A DNA stretch of 60,744 nucleotides from Salinivirgaceae bacterium (GCA_016342715.1 JAEINW010000004.1:1-60744), one strand, 5' to 3'. Numbered from the stretch's first letter, positions 30,950-41,848 are shown. Notes: a model not told the origin generated them from the letters alone. Program-made: numbers and translations.

Positions 30950-31272
30950 ATGATAACAAGATGCTTAGCGATTATTTTAACAATACGAATCAAATCGGGA
31001 TTATTTCAGAGTGTTTTGTTTTGAAATCGCTTAGCATCTATTCTAAACTATTATGAATAATATAATCATGGCATAGTTCGCAAAAGAGAAAAATGCAAAA
31101 GGCGCAAAGAACAAAATTCAAGGATTAAAATCTTTGCGTCTTTTTCGGTTCCCTTAGCGCTTTTTGCGTGGTGTTTTTTTTAATGTTAACGAGATGCTTT
31201 GCGAATGTATTTGTAAAAAGATTTCGTAATTATGCTAATTAGCTATTCGTTTAGCATCTATTTTAAATATCT
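30950..31272. repeat. Two related hairpin units flanking a CGCAAAG-type inverted repeat
   Basis: AGATGCTTAGCGATT/AATCGCTTAGCATCT (30959-31039) and AGATGCTTTGCGAAT/ATTCGTTTAGCATCT (31192-31259); CGCAAAAG..CGCAAAGA / TCTTTGCG..TTTTGCG between them. Confidence 0.75.
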
Positions 31273-31926
31273 ATGAAAAACAAAACATACTTTATAAGCG
31301 GAATTGATACCGATTGTGGTAAAACTTATATCACTGGGAATTTAGCAAAGCTTTTGCAAAGTCATGGCAAAAAAGTGATTACACACAAATTAATTCAAAC
31401 AGGCTGCGCAGGAATCTCTGAAGATGTTTTGGAACATAGAAGGATTATGGGTGTCGATTTATTCCCTGAAGACAAAAGTGGAATTACCTGTCCGTATGTG
31501 TTGTCTTTTCCAGCTTCTCCGCATTTAGCTTGCGAAATTGATAAGCTTGAATTAGATTTTGATAGTATTAAATCATCAATCTCAGCGCTAGCTTCAAAAT
31601 ACGAAATTGTACTTTGCGAAGGTGCCGGAGGTTTAATGGTTCCGCTAAAAAAAGATTATTTAACTATTGATTTTATTAAAGAAAACAACTATCCAGTTAT
31701 ATTAGTTAGCTCTTCAAAATTGGGAAGTATCAATCACACAATTTTAAGTTTGCAAGCATGTAAAAGTTATGGAATTGATTTAAAATATGTTATTTATAAT
31801 GAGTTCCCAGACCAGAATAAATTAATTTCAGAGGATTCATATAAATATTTAAAATCGTATGTGCAAAGCAATTTTACAAATGTAGAATTCTTTAGAAATG
31901 AAAATTTAGATCAAATAAAACTATGA
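31273..31926 (+). CDS. bioD: Dethiobiotin synthase
   Basis: SGIDTDCGKT, KLIQTG, ASPHLA, EGAGGLMVP, LGSINHT. Confidence 0.95.
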   Translation: MKNKTYFISGIDTDCGKTYITGNLAKLLQSHGKKVITHKLIQTGCAGISEDVLEHRRIMGVDLFPEDKSGITCPYVLSFPASPHLACEIDKLELDFDSIKSSISALASKYEIVLCEGAGGLMVPLKKDYLTIDFIKENNYPVILVSSSKLGSINHTILSLQACKSYGIDLKYVIYNEFPDQNKLISEDSYKYLKSYVQSNFTNVEFFRNENLDQIKL

Positions 31927-31968
31927 TTTGCTTTGAATAATTGCAATCTTGTTTTAAAATAAAAAGGC

Positions 31969-32649
31969 ATGCAAGAAATTCTGGAACAAATAAAGGAATC
32001 TTTTAATGATGAAATTTTATCTCGATCGGAGAAACGAAATTTAAAAGAAATAATTAGTAGCAATAAACTTTCAAAGAGTGATTTAGATTGGTTGCGGAAT
32101 GGAGTGTTTTTATTTGCAAGAGAGAAATCAACAAGTGTTGAAGGTGAAAAAATTATTAATTGGCTAGAGAAAGCAAACAAACTGCTTCTGCCAAAAATAG
32201 ATGATCATCCAGAAAAAAGAGTTTTTTTTAGTCCTGGTGATGAATGTTTGCTGGCAATTATCGATCATTTAAACAAAGCTGTTTCAAACATTGATATTTG
32301 TGTTTTTACCATTAGCGATAATCGGCTTTCCGATAAAATAATTGAAGCTCACCGCAGAGGAGTTAGAATAAGAATAATTACTGATGACGATAAATCAAAT
32401 GATAGGGGCTCTGATATCCACAAAATGGCTGAATTAGGAATTGATATAAAAATGGACAATTCATCCTATCATATGCATCATAAATTTGCCATTTTTGACA
32501 AGGTAGATGTAATTACCGGTAGTTTTAATTGGACTCGCAGTGCTGCAGAATATAACCAAGAGAATATATTAGTTAGTTCAGATAAACATGTAATTTCCGC
32601 TTATGTAAATAAGTTTGAATCACTTTGGCAATTAATGAAAATCTATTAA
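31969..32649 (+). CDS. Single-HKD phospholipase D-family nuclease (Nuc/Zucchini-like)
   Basis: FFSPG, HHKFAIFD (HxKxxxxD), TGSFNWT...NQEN. Confidence 0.85.
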   Translation: MQEILEQIKESFNDEILSRSEKRNLKEIISSNKLSKSDLDWLRNGVFLFAREKSTSVEGEKIINWLEKANKLLLPKIDDHPEKRVFFSPGDECLLAIIDHLNKAVSNIDICVFTISDNRLSDKIIEAHRRGVRIRIITDDDKSNDRGSDIHKMAELGIDIKMDNSSYHMHHKFAIFDKVDVITGSFNWTRSAAEYNQENILVSSDKHVISAYVNKFESLWQLMKIY

Positions 32650-32707
32650 TCGGGATTTCCTCTATTTATCAGTAGAATAATCGAGGAAAGGTGTCCCTTT
32701 GGTACTC

Positions 32708-32859
32708 CTGCGTCGTGAAATCGGATTGTTATTCGCAATTGCACGTGAGCATGCAAGCAAGGTTCGCTAAGTTGAGGTAGTGCCTGTTCCGAATACTTTC
32801 GGAATGAACGAAGTTCAGAGGATTAATTTCGAGCAAATTCATTTAATCCTTGATTTGCG
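32708..32859. repeat. Long-hairpin dispersed element; related copy at 60110-60227
   Basis: CTGCGTCGTGAAATCGGA vs CTGCGTCGCCTAATCGGA (15/18 identical); termini partly complementary. Confidence 0.5.
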
Positions 32860-33069
32860 TGATTAATCAATATCACTGCTTGCATTAATTCTATATGTGA
32901 ATTGTTTTTAATGGGCGAATGCCGATGGTTAATCAGCCCTTCTTCAGAAAGCTTTGACAACGAATCAAAGCCAGTTAAACGTTAAATATCAACTTTTGGA
33001 GCTGTATAACGACTGGAGTTTTTCATGTTCGACTATTTAGAATATGCTACACTTTACGGTAAATACCAT

Positions 33070-33103
33070 AAAAAACCATCGAACAATAGAACGATGGTTT
33101 TTT
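33070..33103 (-). terminator. Bidirectional terminator downstream of EF-G2
   Basis: AAAAAACCATCG...CGATGGTTTTTT. Confidence 0.85.
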
Positions 33104-33125
33104 AATATATAAGTTAAATATTTAC

Positions 33126-35282
33126 TTATTCTGCCTCTTCTAACTCTTTTTCGTAAGCTTTTAGAAGTTTAGTTTGTTCTTCAGCTGGAACTGGAGCATA
33201 CTCGTCAAATTCCATAGTATATGTTGCACTACCTGATGAAATAGAACTTAAAGTAGTTGAATATTTATTAAGTTCAGCTAAGGGTACTTTTGCAGATAAT
33301 TTTTCATATCCCGATTCACTACTCATACCAGCAATCATTGCCCTACGACCTTGCAAATCACTCATGACATCACCCATATATTCTGCAGGAACAAGTACTT
33401 CAATGTTGTAAATAGGTTCCATGATTTTTGGGCCAGCTTTTTTAAACGCTTCACTAAATGCATAACGGCCAGCAAGCTTAAATGATATTTCATTTGAATC
33501 TACGGCGTGCATTTTACCATCGTAAATACATACTCTGATATCGCGGGCGTAAGAACCAGTTAAAGGACCTTCTTCCATTTTTTCCATAATTCCTTTCATA
33601 ATAGCAGGATGGAAACGGGCATCAATAGCACCACCAACAATACAGTTAACAAATACGAGTTTTCCGCCCCACGGTAAGGTGTGCTCGTCAGTACCTCTAA
33701 CATTCATGGTATAATCTTTACCATTTATCTTGTAGGTTGATGGAGCAGGCATACCTTCATGGAAAGGCTCAACAATCATATGTACTTCACCAAACTGTCC
33801 TGAGCCACCCGATTGTTTTTTATGTTTATAGTCGGCTTGATATGCTTTAGTTATGGTTTCGCGATATGGAATCTTTGGATTAAGAAATTCAGTTTCAATT
33901 TTAAAAATGTTGCTTAATCTCCATTTCATTGAATTTAAATGAAATTCACCATTGCCGTGCACAATAATTTGTTTAAGCTCTTTAGAATATTCAATTATTA
34001 TTGTAGGATCTTCTTCATGCATCCTATTTAATAATTCACCTAATTTTTCTTCTTCTGCTTCGTTTTCAGCTTTAATTGCAGCTCTATATTTTGGTGCAGG
34101 AAATTTTACTATAGGGAAAGGTTCAACGTCCTTTTCAGTAAGTGAATGGTTAGTTCGGGTTTCTTTAAGTTTAACTAAAGCGCCTATATCACCGGCTACC
34201 ATTTCTGATAGTTTTACGCGGTTTTTTCCTGCTACAGCAAACATTTGAGAAATGCGTTCTTTTCCACCTCTTTTGCTGTTAATAAGATCTACTCCTTCTT
34301 TAATAGTACCAGAAACAAGTTTAAAGTATAGAACTTCACCTAAATGCTCTTCAACAGAAGTTTTAAAAACGAATAATGCAATTTTTCCTGAAGGATCGCA
34401 AACAACGGCTTCACCTTTTATATTAACCATTCCTGGCACTTCGGTTGGGCCTGGGGCTACGTTTCCAACAAATTCAAGCATGCGATTAATGCCCATGTTT
34501 TTCTTTCCACTAACACAGAAAATTGGAAACAAACTTCTAGCAATAATACCTTTGCGAATACCTTCGCGCATTTGGTCTTCGTTAAGAGAGCCTTCTTCAA
34601 AGAACAGCTCCATTAAGTTCTCGTCATTTTCAGCAGCTGATTCCACCAATATATTATGTAATTCATCAGCTTGATCTTTTTGATCGGCAGGAATGTCAAC
34701 AATTTGTGGTTTTCCACCTTCGGCACCCCATTGGTACATTTTCATTTTTAACACGTCAACAACGGCATTAAAACCAGTACCAGCATTTACAGGATATTGA
34801 ATAATAACAGCTTTTCCACGATAAAGACTTTTTAAATCATCTAAGGTTTTTTCAAAGTTGGCTTTATCCTGATCAAGTTGATTCACAGCAATAAGCATAG
34901 GCTTATTCATACTGCTCATATGTCGATTCAGAATTTGAGTCCCAACTTCAACCCCTTTAGTTGAGTTTATTGTCATAATAGCAGACTCAGTAACTGCTAA
35001 CGAAGAGATTACTCCCCCAACAAAATCATCCAATCCAGGAGTATCAATTAAATTAATTTTTTTATTATTGAATTCGCAATGAAGAACTGTAGAAAAAACA
35101 GAACGCTCTTGTTCTTGTTCAATTGGGAAGTAATCTGAAACTGTGTTTTTGCTTTCAACTTCACCACGTCTGCTTATCACCCCGGCCTCGAACATAATCG
35201 ATTCAGCAAGGGTGGTTTTCCCAGAGCCAGCACTACCAATTAAAGTAACGTTTTTTAGCTCATTTGGCTGATATACTTTCAT
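33126..35282 (-). CDS. fusA2: Elongation factor G paralog EF-G2
   Basis: Full EF-G architecture with degenerate G motifs (GSAGSGKT, DTPGLDDF, NQLD) and a domain IV insertion. Confidence 0.9.
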   Translation of the reverse strand: MKVYQPNELKNVTLIGSAGSGKTTLAESIMFEAGVISRRGEVESKNTVSDYFPIEQEQERSVFSTVLHCEFNNKKINLIDTPGLDDFVGGVISSLAVTESAIMTINSTKGVEVGTQILNRHMSSMNKPMLIAVNQLDQDKANFEKTLDDLKSLYRGKAVIIQYPVNAGTGFNAVVDVLKMKMYQWGAEGGKPQIVDIPADQKDQADELHNILVESAAENDENLMELFFEEGSLNEDQMREGIRKGIIARSLFPIFCVSGKKNMGINRMLEFVGNVAPGPTEVPGMVNIKGEAVVCDPSGKIALFVFKTSVEEHLGEVLYFKLVSGTIKEGVDLINSKRGGKERISQMFAVAGKNRVKLSEMVAGDIGALVKLKETRTNHSLTEKDVEPFPIVKFPAPKYRAAIKAENEAEEEKLGELLNRMHEEDPTIIIEYSKELKQIIVHGNGEFHLNSMKWRLSNIFKIETEFLNPKIPYRETITKAYQADYKHKKQSGGSGQFGEVHMIVEPFHEGMPAPSTYKINGKDYTMNVRGTDEHTLPWGGKLVFVNCIVGGAIDARFHPAIMKGIMEKMEEGPLTGSYARDIRVCIYDGKMHAVDSNEISFKLAGRYAFSEAFKKAGPKIMEPIYNIEVLVPAEYMGDVMSDLQGRRAMIAGMSSESGYEKLSAKVPLAELNKYSTTLSSISSGSATYTMEFDEYAPVPAEEQTKLLKAYEKELEEAE

Positions 35283-35329
35283 TATTTCTTTATATTAAAT
35301 TAAACAATCGTTTGCGTTTTATGTGCTTT

Positions 35330-35395
35330 GTTGTATCCAACTTTTGCTATAGTATATAAATAAATAGGCTCGTTTTTCGGTTGTATGCAACTTTT
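35330..35395. promoter_or_regulatory. Tandem 16-bp palindromic motifs upstream of fusA2
   Basis: GTTGTATCCAACTTTT (35330-35345) and GTTGTATGCAACTTTT (35380-35395). Confidence 0.5.
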
Positions 35396-35446
35396 CATTA
35401 TAAAATTAAATGACTTGAAAATTTAGCAATTAATAATCAAAGACTT

Positions 35447-35454
35447 CAAAATTA
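35447..35454 (-). promoter_or_regulatory. Candidate -7 box for fusA2
   Basis: TAATTTTG on the minus strand. Confidence 0.45.
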
Positions 35455-35728
35455 ATAATATTTTCATAACTCACAACAACAATGTTGATTTCATAAAATA
35501 TTATGCTTTTTAGATTCTTCAATTATACTAATATTTATAATAAAAAGTTAAGGGGTAAAAATGATGATTTAAATAGTGTAAATATAAAAAAACACTTAAA
35601 TTATGTTTAACAGGATGCTTGTAATATAAAAAAAAATATTTGGGAGAGGGTTAGAAGCCACCGCAAAGCCTTGATTTAAGGCAAAAAATAGCTTTTTTAT
35701 CTAAAAAACAAAATATTTACAACAACAT

Positions 35729-35759
35729 ATTGAAATAAAAAAAAGTTTTTTTACCTTTG
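35729..35759 (+). promoter_or_regulatory. Bacteroidota sigmaA promoter of the str/S10 operon
   Basis: aTTG (-33-like), 19-nt spacer, TACCTTTG (-7). Confidence 0.75.
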
Positions 35760-35801
35760 CGAACCGATTTTGTGGAGTAAAATGTAATATAAATTAGTAA
35801 T

Positions 35802-36179
35802 ATGCCAACTATATCACAATTAGTTAGAAAGGGAAGAACCCAACTAAAGAAGAAAAGTAAAGCTCCTGCTTTGGACTCATGTCCTCAACGACGCGGAGTT
35901 TGTACACGTGTGTACACAACTACACCAAAGAAGCCTAACTCGGCTATGAGGAAAGTAGCAAGGGTTCGTTTGACGAACGGAAAAGAAGTTAACTCTTACA
36001 TTCCTGGCGAAGGTCATAATTTGCAGGAACACTCAATCGTGTTAATTCGCGGTGGTAGAGTGAAAGATCTTCCAGGTGTGCGTTATCACACTGTGAGAGG
36101 TGCATTAGATACATCGGGCGTTGAAGGTCGTACCCAACGTCGTTCGAAGTATGGTACAAAAAAACCAAAGAAAAAATAA
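35802..36179 (+). CDS. rpsL: 30S ribosomal protein S12
   Basis: [22 protein letters not shown]. Confidence 0.98.
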   Translation: MPTISQLVRKGRTQLKKKSKAPALDSCPQRRGVCTRVYTTTPKKPNSAMRKVARVRLTNGKEVNSYIPGEGHNLQEHSIVLIRGGRVKDLPGVRYHTVRGALDTSGVEGRTQRRSKYGTKKPKKK

Positions 36180-36200
36180 TAGAAATTATACTGAATAGAA

Positions 36201-36677
36201 ATGAGAAAATCAAAACCTAAAAAGCGGATATTATTGCCAGATCCAAAATTTAAAGATGTTATGGTGACCCGTTTTGTGAACGATTTAATGGTGGATGGAA
36301 AAAAGAATCTATCCTATCAGATATTTTACGATGCTTTAGAAATTATCGGTAATAAGATGAAAGAAAATGAGCTTTCACCGCTAGATATTTGGAAAAAAGC
36401 AGTTGTAAATGTTACTCCACAGGTTGAAGTTAGAAGCCGTCGTGTTGGAGGTGCAACTTTTCAAATTCCTCAAGAAATCCGTGATTCACGTAAGCTTTCA
36501 ATGAGTATTAAAGCTATGATTAGTTTTTCTCGTAAGCGTAGCGGTCGTTCAATGGCTGAGAAATTGGCTGCTGAAATTATGGCTGGTTACAATGAAGAGG
36601 GTGGAGCATTCAAGAGGAAAGAAGATACACACCGTATGGCAGAAGCTAACAAAGCATTTTCACATTTCAGATTCTAA
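36201..36677 (+). CDS. rpsG: 30S ribosomal protein S7
   Basis: [22 protein letters not shown]. Confidence 0.98.
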   Translation: MRKSKPKKRILLPDPKFKDVMVTRFVNDLMVDGKKNLSYQIFYDALEIIGNKMKENELSPLDIWKKAVVNVTPQVEVRSRRVGGATFQIPQEIRDSRKLSMSIKAMISFSRKRSGRSMAEKLAAEIMAGYNEEGGAFKRKEDTHRMAEANKAFSHFRF

Positions 36678-36713
36678 TTTCATTCTTGATTAAGCGATAT
36701 ATTTAATAATAAA

Positions 36714-38822
36714 ATGGCAAGAGATTTAAAATTAACCAGAAATATAGGAATTATGGCTCATATTGATGCGGGTAAAACCACAACAACTGAGCGTATCTTA
36801 TTTTATACTGGATTAACTCATCGTATTGGCGAAGTACACGATGGGGCTGCAACAATGGACTGGATGGTTCAGGAGCAAGAAAGAGGTATCACAATTACCT
36901 CTGCCGCAACAACCTGCTTTTGGAAATATCAGGATATTGAACACAAAATTAATATTATTGATACTCCAGGACACGTTGACTTTACCGTTGAGGTTGAGCG
37001 TTCGTTACGTGTGTTAGATGGCGCTGTGGCTGTTTATTGTGCAGTAGGCGGTGTTGAACCACAATCAGAAACTGTTTGGCGACAAGCTGATAAATATAAG
37101 GTTCCTCGTATTGCATTTGTTAATAAAATGGATCGTACGGGTGCCGATTTCTTTTCTGTTGTATCTCAAATTAAAGATAGATTAAAAGCTAACCCAATGC
37201 CTATTCAGATTCCAATTGGAGCTGAAGCTGACTTTAAAGGGGTAGTTGATTTAATAGAAAATAAAGCTATAGTTTGGTTTGATGACGAAGAATTGGGAGC
37301 ACGTTACGAATATGTGCCAATCCCAGAAGATATGTTAGAAACTGTAGCAGAATGGAGAGCTAAATTAATCGAATCAGTAGCAGAATTAGATGATTCTCTA
37401 TTGGAAAGATTTTTTGAAGATCCGGATTCAATTACTGCAGAAGAAATGAGAGGCGTAATTCGCAAGGCTACAGTTGAACAAGTGATTGTTCCTGTTATGT
37501 GTGGATCAGCCTTTAAAAATAAAGGTGTTCAGCGTTTATTAGATGCAGTGGTTGCATACCTTCCTAGTCCAATGGATGTTGAAGCTGTAAAAGGCATCAA
37601 CCCAAAAACTGAATTAGAAGAAGAACGTAAGCCAGATGCGACAGAACCATTAGCAGCTTTAGCATTTAAAATAGCAACAGATCCTTTCGTAGGACGATTG
37701 GCATTTATCAGGGTTTATAGTGGTACTCTTAATGCTGGTTCTGCTGTTTATAACGTAAGAACTGGAAAAAAAGAACGTATTTCACGTTTATATCAAATGC
37801 ATGCTAACAAACAAAACCCAATTGAATCAATTGAAGCGGGCGATATTTGTGCATGTGTAGGTTTTAAAGATATCCGTACTGGTGATACTTTAACTGTTGA
37901 CGGTAAGCCTCTTGCATTAGAAAGCATGGATTTCCCAGACCCAGTAATCAGTGTAGCTGTTGAACCTAAAACTCAAGCCGATGTTGAGAAACTTGATAAT
38001 GCTTTATTAAAATTAGCTGAAGAAGATCCAACATTTACCTTAAAAACTGATGAGAATTCAGGTCAGACTATAATTAGTGGTATGGGTGAACTTCACTTAG
38101 AAATTTTAGTTGATAGACTAAAAAGAGAATTCAAAGTGGAAGTTAATCAAGGAAAACCTCAAGTTGCATATAAAGAGGCAATTACAGCTACTATTGAACA
38201 CCGTGAAACATTTAAGAAACAAACTGGTGGTCGAGGTAAATTTGCTGACATTCAAGTTAGAATTTCGCCTGCTGATGAAGGAGTTGTAGGATTACAATTT
38301 ATTGATTCAGTTAAAGGTGGAAGAATACCAAAAGAATATATTCCTTCTGTTGAAAAAGGTTTCAAAGAAGCTATGAAAAATGGTCCATTGGCTGGATTTG
38401 GTGTTGATAGTTTAAAAGTTGAACTTTTGGACGGATCCTTTCACCCAGTTGATTCAGATCAATTATCTTTTGAAATAGCTGGGCGTCAAGCTTTCAAAGT
38501 TGCTGCACAAAAAGCTAAGCCAATACTTCTAGAGCCAATTATGTCTGCTGAAGTTGTTACTCCAGAAGAGTACATGGGAGATGTAATAGGTGACTTTAAC
38601 AAACGTCGTGGACAAGTTGAAGGCATGGAAGCTAAACATGGTGCCAGAGTAATTAAAGCTAAGGTTCCATTGGCAGAAAAATTTGGATACGTTACCGTAT
38701 TAAGAACAATAACTTCAGGTAGAGCAACATCATCAATGGAATTTTCGCATTATGCTCCAGTTCCAAAGAATGTAGCATTAGAAGTTCTTGCAGAAGTAAA
38801 AGGTCGAGTAGAATTATTATAA
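36714..38822 (+). CDS. fusA: Elongation factor G
   Basis: [26 protein letters not shown]. Confidence 0.98.
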   Translation: MARDLKLTRNIGIMAHIDAGKTTTTERILFYTGLTHRIGEVHDGAATMDWMVQEQERGITITSAATTCFWKYQDIEHKINIIDTPGHVDFTVEVERSLRVLDGAVAVYCAVGGVEPQSETVWRQADKYKVPRIAFVNKMDRTGADFFSVVSQIKDRLKANPMPIQIPIGAEADFKGVVDLIENKAIVWFDDEELGARYEYVPIPEDMLETVAEWRAKLIESVAELDDSLLERFFEDPDSITAEEMRGVIRKATVEQVIVPVMCGSAFKNKGVQRLLDAVVAYLPSPMDVEAVKGINPKTELEEERKPDATEPLAALAFKIATDPFVGRLAFIRVYSGTLNAGSAVYNVRTGKKERISRLYQMHANKQNPIESIEAGDICACVGFKDIRTGDTLTVDGKPLALESMDFPDPVISVAVEPKTQADVEKLDNALLKLAEEDPTFTLKTDENSGQTIISGMGELHLEILVDRLKREFKVEVNQGKPQVAYKEAITATIEHRETFKKQTGGRGKFADIQVRISPADEGVVGLQFIDSVKGGRIPKEYIPSVEKGFKEAMKNGPLAGFGVDSLKVELLDGSFHPVDSDQLSFEIAGRQAFKVAAQKAKPILLEPIMSAEVVTPEEYMGDVIGDFNKRRGQVEGMEAKHGARVIKAKVPLAEKFGYVTVLRTITSGRATSSMEFSHYAPVPKNVALEVLAEVKGRVELL

Positions 38823-38838
38823 AGAGAGAATTTAAAAA

Positions 38839-39144
38839 ATGAGCCAAAAGATCAGAATTAAATTAAAATCTTACGATCATAACTTAGTTGATAAATCAGC
38901 TGAAAAGATTGTAAAGACTGTAAAAACTACTGGCGCAGTTGTAAGTGGACCTATTCCACTTCCAACACATCGTAGAGTTTTTACTGTATTGCGTTCAACT
39001 TTTGTAAACAAAAAATCGAGAGAACAATTCGAATTATGTTCGTACAAAAGATTATTAGACATCTATAGTTCAACAGCTAAGACAATAGATGCGTTAATGA
39101 AGCTTGAATTACCCTCAGGTGTTGAAGTTGAAATTAAAGTTTGA
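38839..39144 (+). CDS. rpsJ: 30S ribosomal protein S10
   Basis: [16 protein letters not shown]. Confidence 0.98.
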   Translation: MSQKIRIKLKSYDHNLVDKSAEKIVKTVKTTGAVVSGPIPLPTHRRVFTVLRSTFVNKKSREQFELCSYKRLLDIYSSTAKTIDALMKLELPSGVEVEIKV

Positions 39145-39163
39145 TAGAAATTAAATTAAAAAA

Positions 39164-39781
39164 ATGGCTGGATTAATTGGAAAAAAAGTCGGAATGACAT
39201 CGATTTTTAGTGCCGAGGGGAAAAATATCCCATGCACTGTTATCGAAGTAGGACCTTGTGTTGTTACACAAGTGAAAACCATTGAAAAAGATGGTTACGA
39301 AGCGGTTCAAATTGGCTACGAAGACAAAAAAGAAAAAAGGTCTAACAAAGCACAAATTGGACATACAAAGAAAGCTGGTACCTTACCTAAACGTAAAGTA
39401 GCTGAGTTTTCAGGATTTAAAGATGATCACCAATTGGGTGATACTCTTACAGTAGAGTTATTTAACGATGACACTTGGTTAGATATTACCGGTGTATCGA
39501 AGGGTAAAGGTTTTCAGGGCGTTGTAAAACGACATGGATTTGCCGGAGTAAATGATGCAACTCACGGTCAGCATAATCGTATGAGAGCTCCAGGATCATT
39601 AGGTGCTTCATCATACCCAGCAAGAGTATTTAAAGGCATGCGTATGGCAGGCCGTATGGGTGGTGATAGAGTGAAAGTGCAAAGCTTACGAGTAATGAAG
39701 ATTATTGCCGAAAGTAATTTGTTAGTAGTTAAAGGATCAGTTCCTGGTCCAAGAGGTGGATACTTAATAATAGAAAAGTAA
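39164..39781 (+). CDS. rplC: 50S ribosomal protein L3
   Basis: [20 protein letters not shown]. Confidence 0.98.
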   Translation: MAGLIGKKVGMTSIFSAEGKNIPCTVIEVGPCVVTQVKTIEKDGYEAVQIGYEDKKEKRSNKAQIGHTKKAGTLPKRKVAEFSGFKDDHQLGDTLTVELFNDDTWLDITGVSKGKGFQGVVKRHGFAGVNDATHGQHNRMRAPGSLGASSYPARVFKGMRMAGRMGGDRVKVQSLRVMKIIAESNLLVVKGSVPGPRGGYLIIEK

Positions 39782-40407
39782 TGGAATTAAAAGTATTAAA
39801 TCAAGCAGGCGAGGATACCGGAAAGAAGGTAGAATTAAATGATTCCATCTACTCAGTTGAGCCAAGCGATCATGCAATTTATCTTGATGTTAAGCAATAT
39901 TTAGCTAACAATCGTCAAGGTACACATAAGTCAAAAGAACGTGCCGAGATAGCTGGTAGTACCCGCAAAATTAAAAAGCAAAAAGGCACTGGAACTGCCC
40001 GTGCCGGTAGCATAAAATCGCCTATATTTAAAGGTGGAGGTCGTGTATTCGGACCAAGAGTAAGAAATTATTATTTTAAGGTAAACATTAAAGCGAAGCA
40101 AGTAGCACGTAAATCGGCGTTAACTTATAAAGCTAAAGGAAACAATATTTTGGTTATTGAAGACTTCAATTATGAAGCTCCAAAAACTAAAGAATATTTG
40201 GAAATGCTTGAAAAGTTGAAAATCAACGATAAAAAATCGCTGTTAGTACTAGCAGATACAAATAAAAACATATATTTGTCATCGCGAAATTTGAAGGGAG
40301 CTGAGGTTGTTACTGCTGATTCATTAAATACGTATCAGATAATGAAAGCTTCATCTCTTGTAATTACCGAGAAATCAGTAGGTTTAATTGAATCTATTTT
40401 AGGATAA
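39781..40407 (+). CDS. rplD: 50S ribosomal protein L4
   Basis: [20 protein letters not shown]. Confidence 0.98.
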   Translation: MELKVLNQAGEDTGKKVELNDSIYSVEPSDHAIYLDVKQYLANNRQGTHKSKERAEIAGSTRKIKKQKGTGTARAGSIKSPIFKGGGRVFGPRVRNYYFKVNIKAKQVARKSALTYKAKGNNILVIEDFNYEAPKTKEYLEMLEKLKINDKKSLLVLADTNKNIYLSSRNLKGAEVVTADSLNTYQIMKASSLVITEKSVGLIESILG

Positions 40408-40420
40408 CAGGAGGAGTTTT

Positions 40421-40711
40421 ATGGATATTATTATAAAGCCAATTATAACAGAGAAGATGACAGCTCAAGCTGAAAAGATGAATCGCTATGGTTTCATTGT
40501 TGATCGTAGAGCAGATAAAATTCAAATTCGCAAGGCTGTTGAAACTCTTTATGGAGTAAAAATTGACGCTATTAATACAATGAATTATGGCGGAAAATTA
40601 AAATCGAAATATACAAAGGCTGGATTCGTCCAAGGCAAAACAAATGCTTTTAAGAAAGCAATTATTACCTTAGCCAAAGGAGAAGCCATTGACTTTTATA
40701 GCAATATATAG
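40421..40711 (+). CDS. rplW: 50S ribosomal protein L23
   Basis: PIITEK, KKAIITL; S10 operon order. Confidence 0.97.
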   Translation: MDIIIKPIITEKMTAQAEKMNRYGFIVDRRADKIQIRKAVETLYGVKIDAINTMNYGGKLKSKYTKAGFVQGKTNAFKKAIITLAKGEAIDFYSNI

Positions 40712-40726
40712 AGACAGGAATAGAAG

Positions 40727-41551
40727 ATGACTGCAAAAAAAATCAACCCGGTAACCCCGGGACAAAGACACAAAGTGGTAAGCAATTTTGACGCAGTTAC
40801 CGCTAGCACACCTGAGAAATCATTGTTACGTCCTCTAAAAAAGTCCGGGGGTAGAAATAACTCCGGAAAGATGACAATGAGATATATAGGTGGTGGACAC
40901 AAAAAACGCTATCGCGTTGTTGACTTCAAAAGGGATAAAGATGGTATTCAAGGGACTGTAAAAACCATTGAGTATGATCCTAACCGTAGTGCCCGTATCG
41001 CACTTATAAGTTACATTGATGGTGAAAAAAGGTATATTTTAGCCCCCAATGGGCTAGAGGTAGGACAAGCTATTAATTCAGGTACAGGAGTTGCACCTGA
41101 GGTTGGTAACTCATTGTTCTTATCAGATATACCTTTGGGAACTATTATTCACAACATTGAACTTCGTCCAAATGGAGGAGGAGTATTGGCACGCAGCGCC
41201 GGAACGTATGCGCAACTTACTTCTCGTGAAGGTAAATATGCTACCGTTAAGCTACCTTCTGGTGAAGTGAGAATGGTATTAATTACGTGTAAGGCAACTA
41301 TTGGAACAGTTGGAAACTCAGATAAAGGCTTAGAAAGATCTGGTAAAGCTGGTAGATCACGTTGGCAAGGACGTCGTCCTAGAGTTCGTGGTGTAGCAAT
41401 GAATCCAGTGGATCACCCAATGGGTGGTGGTGAAGGTCGTTCATCTGGTGGACATCCGAGATCACGTAAGGGATTACCTGCTAAAGGGTACAGAACACGT
41501 ACTCCTAAGAAGGCCTCGAATAAGTTTATTGTTGAAAGAAGAAAGAAATAA
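40727..41551 (+). CDS. rplB: 50S ribosomal protein L2
   Basis: [25 protein letters not shown]. Confidence 0.98.
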   Translation: MTAKKINPVTPGQRHKVVSNFDAVTASTPEKSLLRPLKKSGGRNNSGKMTMRYIGGGHKKRYRVVDFKRDKDGIQGTVKTIEYDPNRSARIALISYIDGEKRYILAPNGLEVGQAINSGTGVAPEVGNSLFLSDIPLGTIIHNIELRPNGGGVLARSAGTYAQLTSREGKYATVKLPSGEVRMVLITCKATIGTVGNSDKGLERSGKAGRSRWQGRRPRVRGVAMNPVDHPMGGGEGRSSGGHPRSRKGLPAKGYRTRTPKKASNKFIVERRKK

Positions 41552-41562
41552 AATAAGAAGAT

Positions 41563-41829
41563 ATGAGTCGTTCATTAAAAAAAGGCCCATTTATACATTA
41601 CAAGCTTGAACAGCGTGTTAATGAGTTAAACGAATCAGGTAAAAAAACTGTAGTTAAAACCTGGTCAAGGGCATCGATGATATCTCCAGATTTTGTTGGG
41701 CATACTGTCGCTGTACATAACGGGAACCGTTTTATACCAGTATATGTTACCGAAAATATGGTTGGTCATAAACTTGGCGAATTTGCCCCAACCCGTCAAT
41801 TCAGGGGTCATGGAGGAAAGAAAAAATAA
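41563..41829 (+). CDS. rpsS: 30S ribosomal protein S19
   Basis: [21 protein letters not shown]. Confidence 0.98.
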   Translation: MSRSLKKGPFIHYKLEQRVNELNESGKKTVVKTWSRASMISPDFVGHTVAVHNGNRFIPVYVTENMVGHKLGEFAPTRQFRGHGGKKK

Positions 41830-41848
41830 TCATTTAATCTGACGTAAA

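Noticed and set aside
32683..32697. GAGGAAAG as the start of RNase P RNA
   Set aside because: It does not continue as GAGGAAAGTCC and I find no matching 3' conserved block.
38822..38839. Missing tuf between fusA and rpsJ, and no adk after secY
   Set aside because: Usual arrangement in Bacteroidota, not novel.
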